A DNA stretch of 64,000 nucleotides from Pseudomonadota bacterium (lineage in GTDB: Bacteria > Desulfobacterota > Desulfobacteria > Desulfobacterales > JBDRRP01). Under the pieces are notes generated by a model. That model saw only the letters and a list, made by a program, of their open reading frames with translations. It ran no database searches and was not told where the DNA came from. The stretch is from positions 1-64,000 of the forward strand of contig JBDRRP010000022.1 in assembly GCA_043825735.1 (NCBI GenBank). The letters are read 5' to 3'. Below, piece after piece: positions 29,804-39,860 of this stretch (position 1 is the first letter of the stretch; every line of letters begins with the position of its first letter). Made by a program: the position numbers and the translations under genes.

Positions 29804-32800
29804 CTATGCCGATCCCAGAAACCGCTTCAGGAGTGTAAACAGCCGTTCCCGGTCAATGGGCTTGGACACGTAGTCGTCCATTCCGGCGGTGAGGCATTTT
29901 TCCATGGCCCCTTTAGTGGCGTGGGCGGTCATGGCAATGACCGGCAGCGCTTTCAGCCCGAGCAGATTGCGGATCCGCCGCGTGGCCTCATAGCCGTCCA
30001 TCCGCGGCATCTGGACATCCATCAGGACGGCATCGAAGGCTTCCTTTTCCAGCATGGCCAGCGCCTCTACCCCATCGTTGGCGATGACCACCGCAAGATT
30101 CACCGACTGCAGAACCGCCTCCGCCACCCTCTGATTTATGAGATTGTCTTCAACCAGAAGGACCCGTTTTCCTGAAAAATCCGCTTCGATATTGCTGGCG
30201 GCGATTTCCTCCCGGATTCGTGCCGGGTCGTTTTCAATAAACAACCCCACCAGCTCATCAAAGAGCTGCGAGCGTTTTATGGGTTTGCTGAGTACTTTGC
30301 GGATACCGGCCTGTTCGGCCATCGCGGTATCGATGCTGGCCGTATACCCTGAGATCATTACCATGGCCGGGGGATTTTCGCCTGCTCGGCGTCTGATTTC
30401 GGTGGCGAGCTCGATGCCGTTCATTTCATCCATTCTGTGATCCAGCAGAATCAGATCGAAGCCATTGCCTTGGGTATGGGCCTCAGCACACTGCGACAAG
30501 GCCTCGTGGGGGGATGCCGCCTGGGTGACCTTGCAGCCAAAGGACAGCACCAGCGCCCCGATGGCTTCACGCGCATCGGGGTGATCGTCCACTACCAGGG
30601 TGTTCAGTCCCACCAGATCAGCGCGACGTCCTCGATCGACGGCCTGAACGGCAACACCAAAGCGCGCGGTAAACGAAAAGGTGCTGCCCATTGCCGGCGT
30701 CGACTGAACCCAGATATTGCCCCCCATGAGCTCGATGAGTTTTTTACAGATGGAGAGCCCCAGGCCAGTGCCGCTGTGCGCCCGGGTGGATGAGCTGTCG
30801 GCCTGGACAAACGCCTCGAAAAGGGTGGCGATCTGGTCCTTTTCGATACCGATGCCGGTGTCCGTTACCGAAAACAGCAGCAGCAGTTCGCGGCTGGCGT
30901 GGTTCTGCCGGCGAATGCGAAGGACAATTTCACCGTCATCGGTGAATTTAAAGGCATTGCCGATGAGGTTGATGAGAATCTGCCGCAGTCTGAGGGGGTC
31001 GCCGATAAGCGCATCGGGGATGTCCCGGGGGATGTCCACGGCAAATTCCAGGTCTTTTTCCTGAATCTTGTCGTGGAACACGTCATAGATCCGTTCGATC
31101 GTGTTTCGGAGGGAAAAATGCTTTGATTCGAACTTGACGCGGCCTGACTCGATCCGTGAAAAATCCAGGATGTCGTTGACCAGGCCCATCAGTGTGATGG
31201 CCGAGCTGTGGATCATTTCGAGAAATTCGCGGGCCTTTCCTCCGGGCTGTTCCCGCAGCGCCAGTTCACAGGCACCGATGATGCCGTTCATGGGGGTGCG
31301 GATTTCATGGCTCATGTTGGCCAGAAACTCGCTTTTGAAGCGGTTGGCCGTTTCCAGCTCGGCGGTCCGTTGGCTGACGCGCTGTTCGAGCTCGGTGTTC
31401 AGGTTTTTGAGATCGTTTTCGGTCCGCCGGATGTCTGTGACGTCGCGGATGCACTCGATCGCGCCGAACACATCTCCGTTATCATCGTAGAGCAGCGCCG
31501 CGGCATTCCAGAAATACGTGTCTCTGCCGCGAAACGACGCGATGCGGTCTTCAGAGACCAGTATGGTGCCTTGGGCCTTGATGGCGTCGTATTTTTGAGT
31601 GGCCGCCTCGTCCCAGTCGCTGACCAGATCGACGAGCAGCTTACACCGACGGCCGTAGAAAGGGATGGCGTACTCATAGTTGCCTTTGCCGATCATATGC
31701 GCTGCCGTAGCACCACTCAAGGTTTCCATGGCCTTGTTCCAGGCGATGATGCGGCCGCCCGTGTCGATGACAAAGGTGGGGTCCGGGTAGAAATTGATGA
31801 TCTGGGAAAGGCGCCTTTCGGATTGGCGCAGTCGCTCCTCGCTGGCCTTGCGGGCGCTGATGTCGATGACGCTGCAGATGATCCCCTTGGCCGGGTCAGA
31901 CTTGTCCAGGAGCGCCGCTGTCATGAGCGCGGTGAACACCTGGCCGTCGTCATTGCGGACCATCCGGGTTTCCACCGACGGTGTCTCGCCTTTGGTGAGT
32001 GCCGGGTAGAGCGCTTGTCCCACGCGTTCGTATTCGGCATCGTCCACATAGAGCATCCGGGTGTCCCGGCCAAGATAGTCGGCCGGATCGTCGTAACCGC
32101 AGATTCTTTCCATGGCTTCGTTGGCCCAGATGATCTTCCGGTCGCGGGTGTGGGAGATGCCGATGGCCGACGAGGACAGCACGCCCTTGAGCAATCGCTC
32201 GCTCTCCTCCAGGGCGCGCTGGGTGGCGCGGCGTTCGGTGATGTCCTCGAGGATGCCGTCAATGTGCAGGGGACGGCCGTCCGGGTCACGTATCACTGTG
32301 GCGTAAATGTTTCCAAGGATTTCCTTGCCGTTTTGCTGGATGTAGCGGTACTCGGCGCTCACCGTCGTTTGCCCGGCGCGAAACGCATCTATCATGCGGT
32401 TGCGATCGTCCGGGTCGGTATAAAATTCTGTCACTCGGTGCGTTTTCATTGCGTCAGGGCTCTCAAACCCGAGCATACGCGCCAAGGCGGCGTTGGCCGA
32501 GAGGATCCGTCCGTCCATGGCGGTGCGGAAAACGCCTACGGGGATGTTTTCATGAAGGGTGCGGTAACGCGCTTCGCTGTCTTGCAGTGCGCGAAAACCG
32601 GCCACCCACGAACGGCGCATCTGGTTGAAACACACCATGGCTGCGCCGCCGAGGATAACGATGGTGATAGTAGCGGTGAACCATGCCGTTGCCGATATCA
32701 TGTATCGCCCGGGGTCCGGCGCCGCGACAATGACCCCGGCGGTGAACCCCCACCCGATCGCGGCCACGCCCAGCAAAGCGGTGGTCGCCAATGTGATGAC

Positions 32801-33166
32801 CATGCGGCGGTTGAGAACGAAAACCGACAGAACGGGGGCCGTAAAAATATAGAGCAGCCCCTGCCCGACAAGGCCCCACGTGTACAATCCAGCCAGGCCA
32901 TATACGACGGTCGACAGCAGCAAAATAAACGCGCGCCATTTAAACCGAAGTGCGCGTTTGAGCGCAAACGCGGTCATCATGACTGCCAGACAGATCCATT
33001 GCACCATCGTGCCGGGCAAAAGACCGAATTCAAATGCTCTGAAGCCCGCAATGACAACACCGGGAAGGCCCAGGTAGAGAAGGATCAGGTAGAGGCGTTC
33101 GAAAAACTTACGAATCTCCTCCTGCGGAGCGGTGACAGTTGTTTGCGTGGTGTCGTCCGGGTTCAT
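29804..33166 (-). CDS. Membrane PAS-domain hybrid histidine kinase (TM, PAS x3, HK, REC, REC)
   Basis: About 6 transmembrane segments; three PAS domains ending DIT/DIS/DVT; KSEFLANMSHEIRTPMN; two REC domains. Confidence 0.93.
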   Translation of the reverse strand: MNPDDTTQTTVTAPQEEIRKFFERLYLILLYLGLPGVVIAGFRAFEFGLLPGTMVQWICLAVMMTAFALKRALRFKWRAFILLLSTVVYGLAGLYTWGLVGQGLLYIFTAPVLSVFVLNRRMVITLATTALLGVAAIGWGFTAGVIVAAPDPGRYMISATAWFTATITIVILGGAAMVCFNQMRRSWVAGFRALQDSEARYRTLHENIPVGVFRTAMDGRILSANAALARMLGFESPDAMKTHRVTEFYTDPDDRNRMIDAFRAGQTTVSAEYRYIQQNGKEILGNIYATVIRDPDGRPLHIDGILEDITERRATQRALEESERLLKGVLSSSAIGISHTRDRKIIWANEAMERICGYDDPADYLGRDTRMLYVDDAEYERVGQALYPALTKGETPSVETRMVRNDDGQVFTALMTAALLDKSDPAKGIICSVIDISARKASEERLRQSERRLSQIINFYPDPTFVIDTGGRIIAWNKAMETLSGATAAHMIGKGNYEYAIPFYGRRCKLLVDLVSDWDEAATQKYDAIKAQGTILVSEDRIASFRGRDTYFWNAAALLYDDNGDVFGAIECIRDVTDIRRTENDLKNLNTELEQRVSQRTAELETANRFKSEFLANMSHEIRTPMNGIIGACELALREQPGGKAREFLEMIHSSAITLMGLVNDILDFSRIESGRVKFESKHFSLRNTIERIYDVFHDKIQEKDLEFAVDIPRDIPDALIGDPLRLRQILINLIGNAFKFTDDGEIVLRIRRQNHASRELLLLFSVTDTGIGIEKDQIATLFEAFVQADSSSTRAHSGTGLGLSICKKLIELMGGNIWVQSTPAMGSTFSFTARFGVAVQAVDRGRRADLVGLNTLVVDDHPDAREAIGALVLSFGCKVTQAASPHEALSQCAEAHTQGNGFDLILLDHRMDEMNGIELATEIRRRAGENPPAMVMISGYTASIDTAMAEQAGIRKVLSKPIKRSQLFDELVGLFIENDPARIREEIAASNIEADFSGKRVLLVEDNLINQRVAEAVLQSVNLAVVIANDGVEALAMLEKEAFDAVLMDVQMPRMDGYEATRRIRNLLGLKALPVIAMTAHATKGAMEKCLTAGMDDYVSKPIDRERLFTLLKRFLGSA

Positions 33167-33539
33167 GAAAAGCCGTCTGCAAAGCGATGCATGTGATGAG
33201 AAGCTTTCTCTTATAGCGGAGATTCACGGCCTGATGCAACAGTACAAATTGGATGTATTGCCGGAAATGGGTGATCGGGATGCGGGTGCAGAACCGGCCC
33301 AGTGGGCAGTTGGTATCGCGCGCCAGTGTCAGTCGGATGTATTCGTGTTCCTTGAGGCACTTGTGACGTGCTCCCGTGTTGTGGTTCGTGACGGTTTCTG
33401 GCGTCCGGCCTGAGGGCGCCCTGTTGTAAATATCGTCCTATGGGGGTAGGAAGTTAAGACAAATCGATGGGCCGTCTGCTGCCGGTCCACCACGGCTGAA
33501 CGCGCCCCGTAACGCGAGCGACATGAAGGAGGAGACGCC

Positions 33540-34331
33540 ATGGATTATGGTATCGCAGGGAAAATCGCACTGGTTGCCGCAGCCAGCCGCGGGTTGGGAC
33601 AAGGATGCGCAGCGCAGTTGGCTGCCGAGGGCTGCCGGGTGGCCATTTGCTCGCGAAACGCGGAAGACGCCGAAAAGGCCGCCAGCGTGATGGCCGGCGC
33701 CACGGGCGCCGAGGTGACGGGCTTTGGCGCGGACATGAGCCGGATTGAAGATATCGCCCGTCTGCTGGATGCCGTGCGGGAGGCCGTTGGCACCCCAGAC
33801 ATCCTGGTGACCAACGCCGGCGGGCCGCCGCCCGGGACCTTCGCCACCACCGATCTGGACGACTACCCCAGGGCGCTGGAGCTGAATCTCATGAGCGCGG
33901 TGCGTCTGATCCACGGCGTGGTGCCGGCCATGAAAGAAAAGGGCTGGGGCCGCATCATCGCCATCACTTCCATATCGGTCAAGCAGCCCATCGCCGATCT
34001 GCTGCTCTCCAACATGGCGCGGGCCGGTCTCACCGGGTTTCTGAAGACCATCGCCACCGAACTGGCGCCCTTCGGGATTACGGTCAACGCCCTGCTGCCA
34101 GGCATCCACAAGACATCCCGGATGGACCAACTGGTGGCCAGCCGCGTGGCCCGGGAAGGCGGCCGCGTCGAGGCCGTCTATCAGGCGATGATGGATACCG
34201 TGCCGGCCCGGGCCATCGGAGACCCCGCCGATTTCGGTGCGGCAGCGGCTTTTCTGGCCAGCGCCCAGGCCCGCTACATCACCGGTCAGAATCTTCTCGT
34301 TGACGGTGGCCGGTACAGCGGTCTGCTATAG
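33540..34331 (+). CDS. Short-chain dehydrogenase/reductase (SDR)
   Basis: AASRGLG, DILVTNAGG, LSNMAR and YITGQNLLVDGG motifs. Confidence 0.92.
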   Translation: MDYGIAGKIALVAAASRGLGQGCAAQLAAEGCRVAICSRNAEDAEKAASVMAGATGAEVTGFGADMSRIEDIARLLDAVREAVGTPDILVTNAGGPPPGTFATTDLDDYPRALELNLMSAVRLIHGVVPAMKEKGWGRIIAITSISVKQPIADLLLSNMARAGLTGFLKTIATELAPFGITVNALLPGIHKTSRMDQLVASRVAREGGRVEAVYQAMMDTVPARAIGDPADFGAAAAFLASAQARYITGQNLLVDGGRYSGLL

Positions 34332-34367
34332 CGGCCGCTTTCCAGAAGTCCTCCAGCGACGGTTGCG

Positions 34368-34650
34368 GCCGGTGTCCGGACTGATATCCGGGTTGGGATT
34401 CACATCGTCGGCGTGGGGACGCCGCCGCCCAGGGACTCCTTGACGCCGGATTTGTCCCAGCTCAGGGAAAGCACCTGCGCCGTGGATCCGGATACGTATA
34501 GCCGTGGCGCGCCAGCCACCGGACCACCTCGGCATCGCTGTAAGCCCGGCCGGGCAGTTCCTCGCACCAGTTGAAAACAATATGGCCGGCAGGATCACAG
34601 GGCGCCGGCACGGATTTAAGATCATCAGAAACCCGGGTTGCTGGCGCAAC
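34368..34650 (-). pseudogene. Remnant of a D-Ala-D-Ala ligase-like ATP-grasp gene (frameshifts plus large internal deletion)
   Basis: HIVFNWCEELPG..WLARHGYTY, then a shifted frame GSTAQVLSLSWDKSGVKESLGGGVPTP, then directly DVNPNPDISPDTG (C-terminal ATP-grasp motif). Confidence 0.75.
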
Positions 34651-34794
34651 GAGATAACACAGTCCCCGGCGGCGACCACGCGCTTTAGCCATAGCCGGTG
34701 TAATATTTTGCGGCACGTGTTACCGTGCACGCATGGCGTTGCCCCTGGCGCGTTGTTGGCAACGACTCAAGCCACTGGAGACCAAAAAATAACG

Positions 34795-35823
34795 ATGAGC
34801 GAAGGTCAAAAACACAGAGCGCTTTGCTTCCGATTTGTCTGTGCGCTGTCTGGTCTGTTGATGATGGTTTCCACCGGCCATGCCGATGATGGCCATGGTC
34901 GTGAAAATCACGGGATGGGTATTCTGGGAATCCGCTCCCAGGCGATCGGTCAGAGCCTGCGCCTGACGATGCCCATGCTCATACCGGGGGATATCCCCAC
35001 TGGGTGGCGCGGTTATCTGGGGGCAACCTGGACCAATGTGTGGGCCAATGATGCCGCTTTTTTGCTCGATTATGAAATGCTCGATACGGTTGCCGGCGTG
35101 GGATACGGGTTCAACGAGCGGTGGGGCATGGCCGTCTTCGTGGATAACCGATCCTATTTCGGTGGCGCCATGGACGACTTCATTGCCGGGTTTCACAATC
35201 TTTTCGGTATCGACCAGGATGGTCGCGATGCGGCTCCCCGGGGGCGCAGCATCATTTCCGACCCGGCAATCCAGAACCAGACATCCAGCATTCCTGCCAA
35301 CGAACTGGACAACACCGGTCTGAGTCTGCTGCTCAACAGCAATATTGATTTCGGATATCCCGGCTGGCCGTCGATGAACATCTACGGCGTAACGCGTTAT
35401 GCACTGGTGCCGGCAAAGATTTTTAAAAAAAGCGATCGTTTTGATTACGGATTGGGCGTGGGCCTGTCCAAACGATGGGCCTTGCGATGGTACACCCATG
35501 CGGTGCTGGGATATACGCTGTATGCCGACCGGGGACCGACAGCACCCGGAAACGTCGTTTTCGGAGATCAACAGTTTACGGGGATGTTTGCACTGGCATG
35601 GCAGTATTCTCCCGCACTGGCACTGATGACCCAGTACCTGTACTCCAGTGCGGTGATCGAGACCATCCCGGCACTGGACAACGCCTCCCATGAGGTCCAC
35701 CTGGGCTTCAAATGGCTTCTAAGCAAGACATGCGTGCTGGATTTCGCCCTGATCGAAAACATCATCACGATGGACAACAGCCCGGATTTCGGGCTTCATC
35801 TCGGTGTCAGCATCGGTATGTGA
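34795..35823 (+). CDS. DUF3187-like putative outer-membrane beta-barrel protein
   Basis: Signal peptide; LDYE, MDDFIAGFHNLFGIDQ and ENIITMDNSPDFGLHLG; alternating beta-strand pattern. Confidence 0.75.
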   Translation: MSEGQKHRALCFRFVCALSGLLMMVSTGHADDGHGRENHGMGILGIRSQAIGQSLRLTMPMLIPGDIPTGWRGYLGATWTNVWANDAAFLLDYEMLDTVAGVGYGFNERWGMAVFVDNRSYFGGAMDDFIAGFHNLFGIDQDGRDAAPRGRSIISDPAIQNQTSSIPANELDNTGLSLLLNSNIDFGYPGWPSMNIYGVTRYALVPAKIFKKSDRFDYGLGVGLSKRWALRWYTHAVLGYTLYADRGPTAPGNVVFGDQQFTGMFALAWQYSPALALMTQYLYSSAVIETIPALDNASHEVHLGFKWLLSKTCVLDFALIENIITMDNSPDFGLHLGVSIGM

Positions 35824-35881
35824 CATTTTAAAGCGAACGATTTTCTTCCCATCTTTGACCCGCGTTGGCAGCAGAGAAGCG

Positions 35882-36835
35882 CTATCCCGTGTGGTGGCGA
35901 CAGTCAGCACGGGCGCTGGTGCCGGTGGCCGTGGCCGGCACTCGTGCATCGGTGAAGGCGGTGGGGTGCCGGGATATGTAGGCCTGCAGGGCGGGCAAAC
36001 CGATGAGATCGGACGGTGCGGCTGGCATCCGTGCAATGGGCAGCTGGCTGAATTCCCGGGCGATGCCGTTGAGGGGCGCATCGCTGGTGACCTTGTTGAC
36101 GATGATCCGTGCTACCCGGATGCCGAAGTCGGCCAGGCGTGCATGAATTCGGCGCGCTTCGGCCAGGGAGAGCCGATCGGGATTCATGACGAGTTGGATC
36201 TGGACGGTATCCGTGCAAAACAGATCCCGCAGGCGGGTGTAGCGAATCACCAGTGACTGGAGTTTGGCTTTGATCCGATCGCGTTCGGAAGTCATGTTTC
36301 CGACCTGGATGCGGGAGATGATTTCCTTTTTTCGGCAGATCAGCTCTCGAAGTTTGAGCAGTTGATCCACCCAGGCCAGCGTGGTGAAGGGCAGGGAGAA
36401 AAACCGCAGCGCCACGGCGGTGGGCGCCATATCGACAATGAGCACATCCGCATCGTCGACTTGCTTCAACACATGCTCGAATGCCGTCAGCAGTGCGTAC
36501 TCCTCGATCCCGGGGGAGTACTGGAGCACCTTGAAATGGCCCTCGAGGCCAAAGGCGGTTTCGTAAAGATACGTCTTTCTAATCTGTTCGCGGGTTTCCT
36601 TCAGGTACTTGGCGCTCCAGCGTTCAGCGTCGATTTCGCTGACCCTCAGATGTGGGGTCACCCGGCACGGGGTCTCGGAAAACCGCGTTTCGAAGATATC
36701 ACTCAAGTTGTGTGCCGGATCCATGGACACCAGGCATGTCTTTCGGCCGCCGGCGGCCAGGCGCAGCGCGCTCACCGCGGAGGTGGTCGACTTTCCCACG
36801 CCGCCCTTGCCGATGAAAAATAAGATTTCCGTCAT
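35882..36835 (-). CDS. ArsA/GET3-family ATPase (single domain)
   Basis: GKGGVGKST deviant Walker A, SMDPAHNLSD and IVDMAPT motifs; start ATG 36835 (the longer ORF-track extension is a shadow). Confidence 0.92.
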   Translation of the reverse strand: MTEILFFIGKGGVGKSTTSAVSALRLAAGGRKTCLVSMDPAHNLSDIFETRFSETPCRVTPHLRVSEIDAERWSAKYLKETREQIRKTYLYETAFGLEGHFKVLQYSPGIEEYALLTAFEHVLKQVDDADVLIVDMAPTAVALRFFSLPFTTLAWVDQLLKLRELICRKKEIISRIQVGNMTSERDRIKAKLQSLVIRYTRLRDLFCTDTVQIQLVMNPDRLSLAEARRIHARLADFGIRVARIIVNKVTSDAPLNGIAREFSQLPIARMPAAPSDLIGLPALQAYISRHPTAFTDARVPATATGTSARADCRHHTG

Positions 36836-36863
36836 GGTGGTCGCTTTCCCGACGCGCCGGGCG

Positions 36864-37145
36864 TCAGTCGATCCCGAAGACCGAGAATAGGGTTCCGAGG
36901 GGGTCGTGGGCCGTGGCCACCCGGTCGCACAACAGGGCGAGCTCCCGCTCCATGTCGGGCAGCAGTTCCGTGGTGATATGGATCGGCGGCGAGGGGATGC
37001 CGACAAAAGCCCCGAGCGTGAGAAGGGCGAAGATATGCTCCAACTCCTCGGTTTCGTAGCGGATGGTTTCGACCGCCTTGCTGCGCGCCACCGCATCGGC
37101 CGCGTGCCACCAACGTCCCGCCGCTTTCCTGGCCCGGTTAAGCAT
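36864..37145 (-). CDS. Small conserved protein of the cstA-ArsA locus
   Basis: 93 aa with EELEHIFALLTLGAFVGIPSPP..ELLP, resembling small proteins encoded between cstA and ArsA-like ATPase genes; overlaps the upstream stop. Confidence 0.7.
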   Translation of the reverse strand: MLNRARKAAGRWWHAADAVARSKAVETIRYETEELEHIFALLTLGAFVGIPSPPIHITTELLPDMERELALLCDRVATAHDPLGTLFSVFGID

Positions 37146-37584
37146 CGCGCCCCTTTCCGACCCTGAATATCCGCTGCTCGAAGGCGATCCGGCGCTGCGA
37201 CGGATAGGTATAGTAGATGGCGTAGAGCGTTGCCAAGGCAACGCCGGTAAAATAGAACTGGGGCAGCGCCAGAAGGCAGGCGCCGCACGCCAGGTACGGG
37301 GTGAGCAGGCCCCAGTGGATCACTTGGCGCTGAAACCGGTAAAAGTCCGCCTCGGGCACGAAGGTTCTGCGGCGCATTCGGTGGGCAAAGAGGGTTCTGA
37401 GGAAAACCGGCGCCGCCCCGGCGAAAACGACCGACAGCGTAAACAGCCAAGGCCCCGCGGCCGGTGCGTCGATCCAAGGCGCCGGGGCTGCAAGGTGCGT
37501 TCCTTGTGCGATCATGACCACGGCGGTGGCCGCCAGCGGGGGCAGCAGCTGGCGCTGGTAGCTCAATTTCAGTTGTTGCATCAT
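37138..37584 (-). CDS. Hypothetical four-TM membrane protein
   Basis: Four hydrophobic segments; co-oriented within the cstA operon. Confidence 0.7.
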   Translation of the reverse strand: MMQQLKLSYQRQLLPPLAATAVVMIAQGTHLAAPAPWIDAPAAGPWLFTLSVVFAGAAPVFLRTLFAHRMRRRTFVPEADFYRFQRQVIHWGLLTPYLACGACLLALPQFYFTGVALATLYAIYYTYPSQRRIAFEQRIFRVGKGRDA

Positions 37585-37749
37585 TGCGCAGATTCCCTTT
37601 CAACAGCCAGTCAGTGACTGTCCGCAAATGGCAGCAGTTGGTTTACGGCACGTGCGCTGCCATCGATGCCGTCGCTGGCGGGTTGCAGCCGCTAGCTCAA
37701 CACCGCCAGCGAAGGAAAGGCCTTTGATGAATGGGTGTATCGTTGGCGA

Positions 37750-39492
37750 TCAGGCGCTCACCGGTTCCGCCTCTGCCATTGACGTGTCATCGGTCTGGAA
37801 GAACTTGATGAGCCCTTCCACCACGATCCAGCAGGCGATGACGATGGTCGCCATATTGATGACCTGCAGCAGCAAGTTGTTTGCGCTGCCGAAGGCCGCA
37901 TGGTTCATCACTGAGGCCCAGATGGTCATGACCGACATGAACACCGCCGGAATCCCCGCCACCATCCATTTGAGACCACCCCGGGCTTTCAGGTAAATCG
38001 TGATGACGATGAGTGCCAAGGCCGCCAGGGTCTGGTTCACCGCTCCGAACAGGGGCCAGAGCTTGAGGGCGCCCGCGCCGCCCGCGCCGGTGGAAAAAGC
38101 GAGAATCAGGGCGCTGGCCACCGCGATGCCCGTCGCCGTGTATTTTCCCGAGAGCGCATCGAGCTTGAGCGTGGTGAACAGCTCGCTGAGCACATAGCGC
38201 TGAATGCGGGTGGCGGTGTCCAGCGTGGTGCCGGCAAAGGAGGCCACAAAGACCGCCATGATGGCCAGGGTGAAATGTTTGGGAATTCCCAGCGTCATGA
38301 TCATGTTGGCGGCACCGTCGACAAAGGCCGAAATCTTGGAACCGAGTCCGGCGGCGGCGGCCCAGGAGGAATAATGCGTCGTCCAGGCCGCAACGCCGGT
38401 GAGGTGTTCACCGGCCTTGGTGGTATAGCCCATGCCGATGCCGGCGGCCACGGCGATAATGACCAGGGTCGCCAGGGCCCCTTCCATCAGCATTGAGCCA
38501 TAGCCGACGAACAGCGAGTCGTCTTCGCTACGGACCTGCTTGGCCGATGTCCCGGAGCTGACCAGGGCGTGAAACCCGGAGATGGCCCCGCAGGCGATGG
38601 TGATGAATAGAAACGGCCACATGGACGGCGCCTGGGCCGGAGCGGCCTGAACCGCCGGGGCCACGATTTCAAGCCGACCGGTGAAGGCCGCCATGAACAC
38701 GCCTAAAACCAGCAGCACCATGGCGATCACCAGCTGGTGGGAGTTGATGAAGTCACGGGGTTGGAGCAGCGCGGTCACCGGCAGCACGGAGGCGATAAAA
38801 CCGTAGGCCAGCAAAATGATGGTCCACACGCCGGTGGCCGGAATACCGGCCACAGCCGGCATCTTGACGGGGATGTACGGCCCTAGAAAAACGAACAGGT
38901 ACATTAGGATGACGGCATATACGGAAAGCGCCATGACCCCCTTGCCTTTCTGGTAGACCAGGTAGCCCAGCACCATGGCGATGGGCACTTCGATCCATAC
39001 GGCGACCACCGATTGCGGATACATGGCGAAGATGATGGCGATGACCAGCCCGAAGACGGCGATGACGATCCACAGCTCAAGAAATACGATAAGAAAGAAC
39101 AAAAACCGGGTCCGGCTGTTGATGTACTTCGCGGTATAGTCCGAAATCGATTTTCCCTGATTTCGCATGGAAATGATCAGCGCGCCGAAATCGTGCACCG
39201 CTCCCATGACAATGCTGCCCACGAACACCCAGAGCAGCGCCGGGACCCAGCCCCAGATGATGGCGATCGCGGGGCCCACGATGGGGCCGGTGCCGGCGAT
39301 GGAAGTGAAATGATGACCGAAGATCACTTCCTTTTTTGTCGGGACGTAGTCGGTGCCGTCTTCCATCGCCACCGAGGGCACTGTGGCCTCCGGTGACAAT
39401 GCGAAGATGCGTTTGCCGATGAACCGGCCGTAAAGCCGGTACATGGCGATATAGCCGATAAAGGCCACGATCATGATCAGCAATGCGTCCAT
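37750..39492 (-). CDS. cstA: Carbon starvation protein A family transporter
   Basis: DGTDYVPT, FGHHFTSIAGTGPIVGP, FITIACGAISGFHALV and WPLFGAVNQ motifs. Confidence 0.96.
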   Translation of the reverse strand: MDALLIMIVAFIGYIAMYRLYGRFIGKRIFALSPEATVPSVAMEDGTDYVPTKKEVIFGHHFTSIAGTGPIVGPAIAIIWGWVPALLWVFVGSIVMGAVHDFGALIISMRNQGKSISDYTAKYINSRTRFLFFLIVFLELWIVIAVFGLVIAIIFAMYPQSVVAVWIEVPIAMVLGYLVYQKGKGVMALSVYAVILMYLFVFLGPYIPVKMPAVAGIPATGVWTIILLAYGFIASVLPVTALLQPRDFINSHQLVIAMVLLVLGVFMAAFTGRLEIVAPAVQAAPAQAPSMWPFLFITIACGAISGFHALVSSGTSAKQVRSEDDSLFVGYGSMLMEGALATLVIIAVAAGIGMGYTTKAGEHLTGVAAWTTHYSSWAAAAGLGSKISAFVDGAANMIMTLGIPKHFTLAIMAVFVASFAGTTLDTATRIQRYVLSELFTTLKLDALSGKYTATGIAVASALILAFSTGAGGAGALKLWPLFGAVNQTLAALALIVITIYLKARGGLKWMVAGIPAVFMSVMTIWASVMNHAAFGSANNLLLQVINMATIVIACWIVVEGLIKFFQTDDTSMAEAEPVSA

Positions 39493-39553
39493 GCTTTCCT
39501 CCTTAATATGCCAGTGGTTTGCGGTTGACGAATCTGGGTAATTTCAAAAAAGA

Positions 39554-39569
39554 GCAATCGCTGTGCCAA
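39554..39569 (-). promoter_or_regulatory. Sigma54 (-24/-12) promoter of the cstA operon
   Basis: Minus strand reads TTGGCAC-AGCGA-TTGC, an exact TGGCAC-N5-TTGC match about 60 nt upstream of the cstA ATG. Confidence 0.8.
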
Positions 39570-39860
39570 GATAGCCTGCGGCCGGATCGATCACCATCAC
39601 AGGTCTTTAGGGCGAAACCGACTCGGACGGAAGCACTATTCGGAAACTGGAAAGTGTCAAAGATTTTTACGAACTGAAAACATCATCGGTCCGTCCGCGG
39701 GAGAAACGACAGCGCTGTGCACCGCCGTGCACCACCTTGCCGGCGCCGGGTTGCCCGCTTTGAGGGTGCCGGCCGGAAATGGCACGGGGGTTGCTCCCTG
39801 ATGGGCCAGTGCACCGCACCGTTGCGGTGATATAGGCATACGCAGAGGCGCCATTTTGTC

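Noticed and set aside
35882..36835. Arsenic resistance operon
   Set aside because: No arsB/acr3, arsC, arsD or arsR nearby; the context is cstA.
36836..37627. N-terminal extension making a 581-aa ArsA fusion
   Set aside because: It overlaps two better-supported ORFs in other frames; ArsA similarity begins at ATG 36835.
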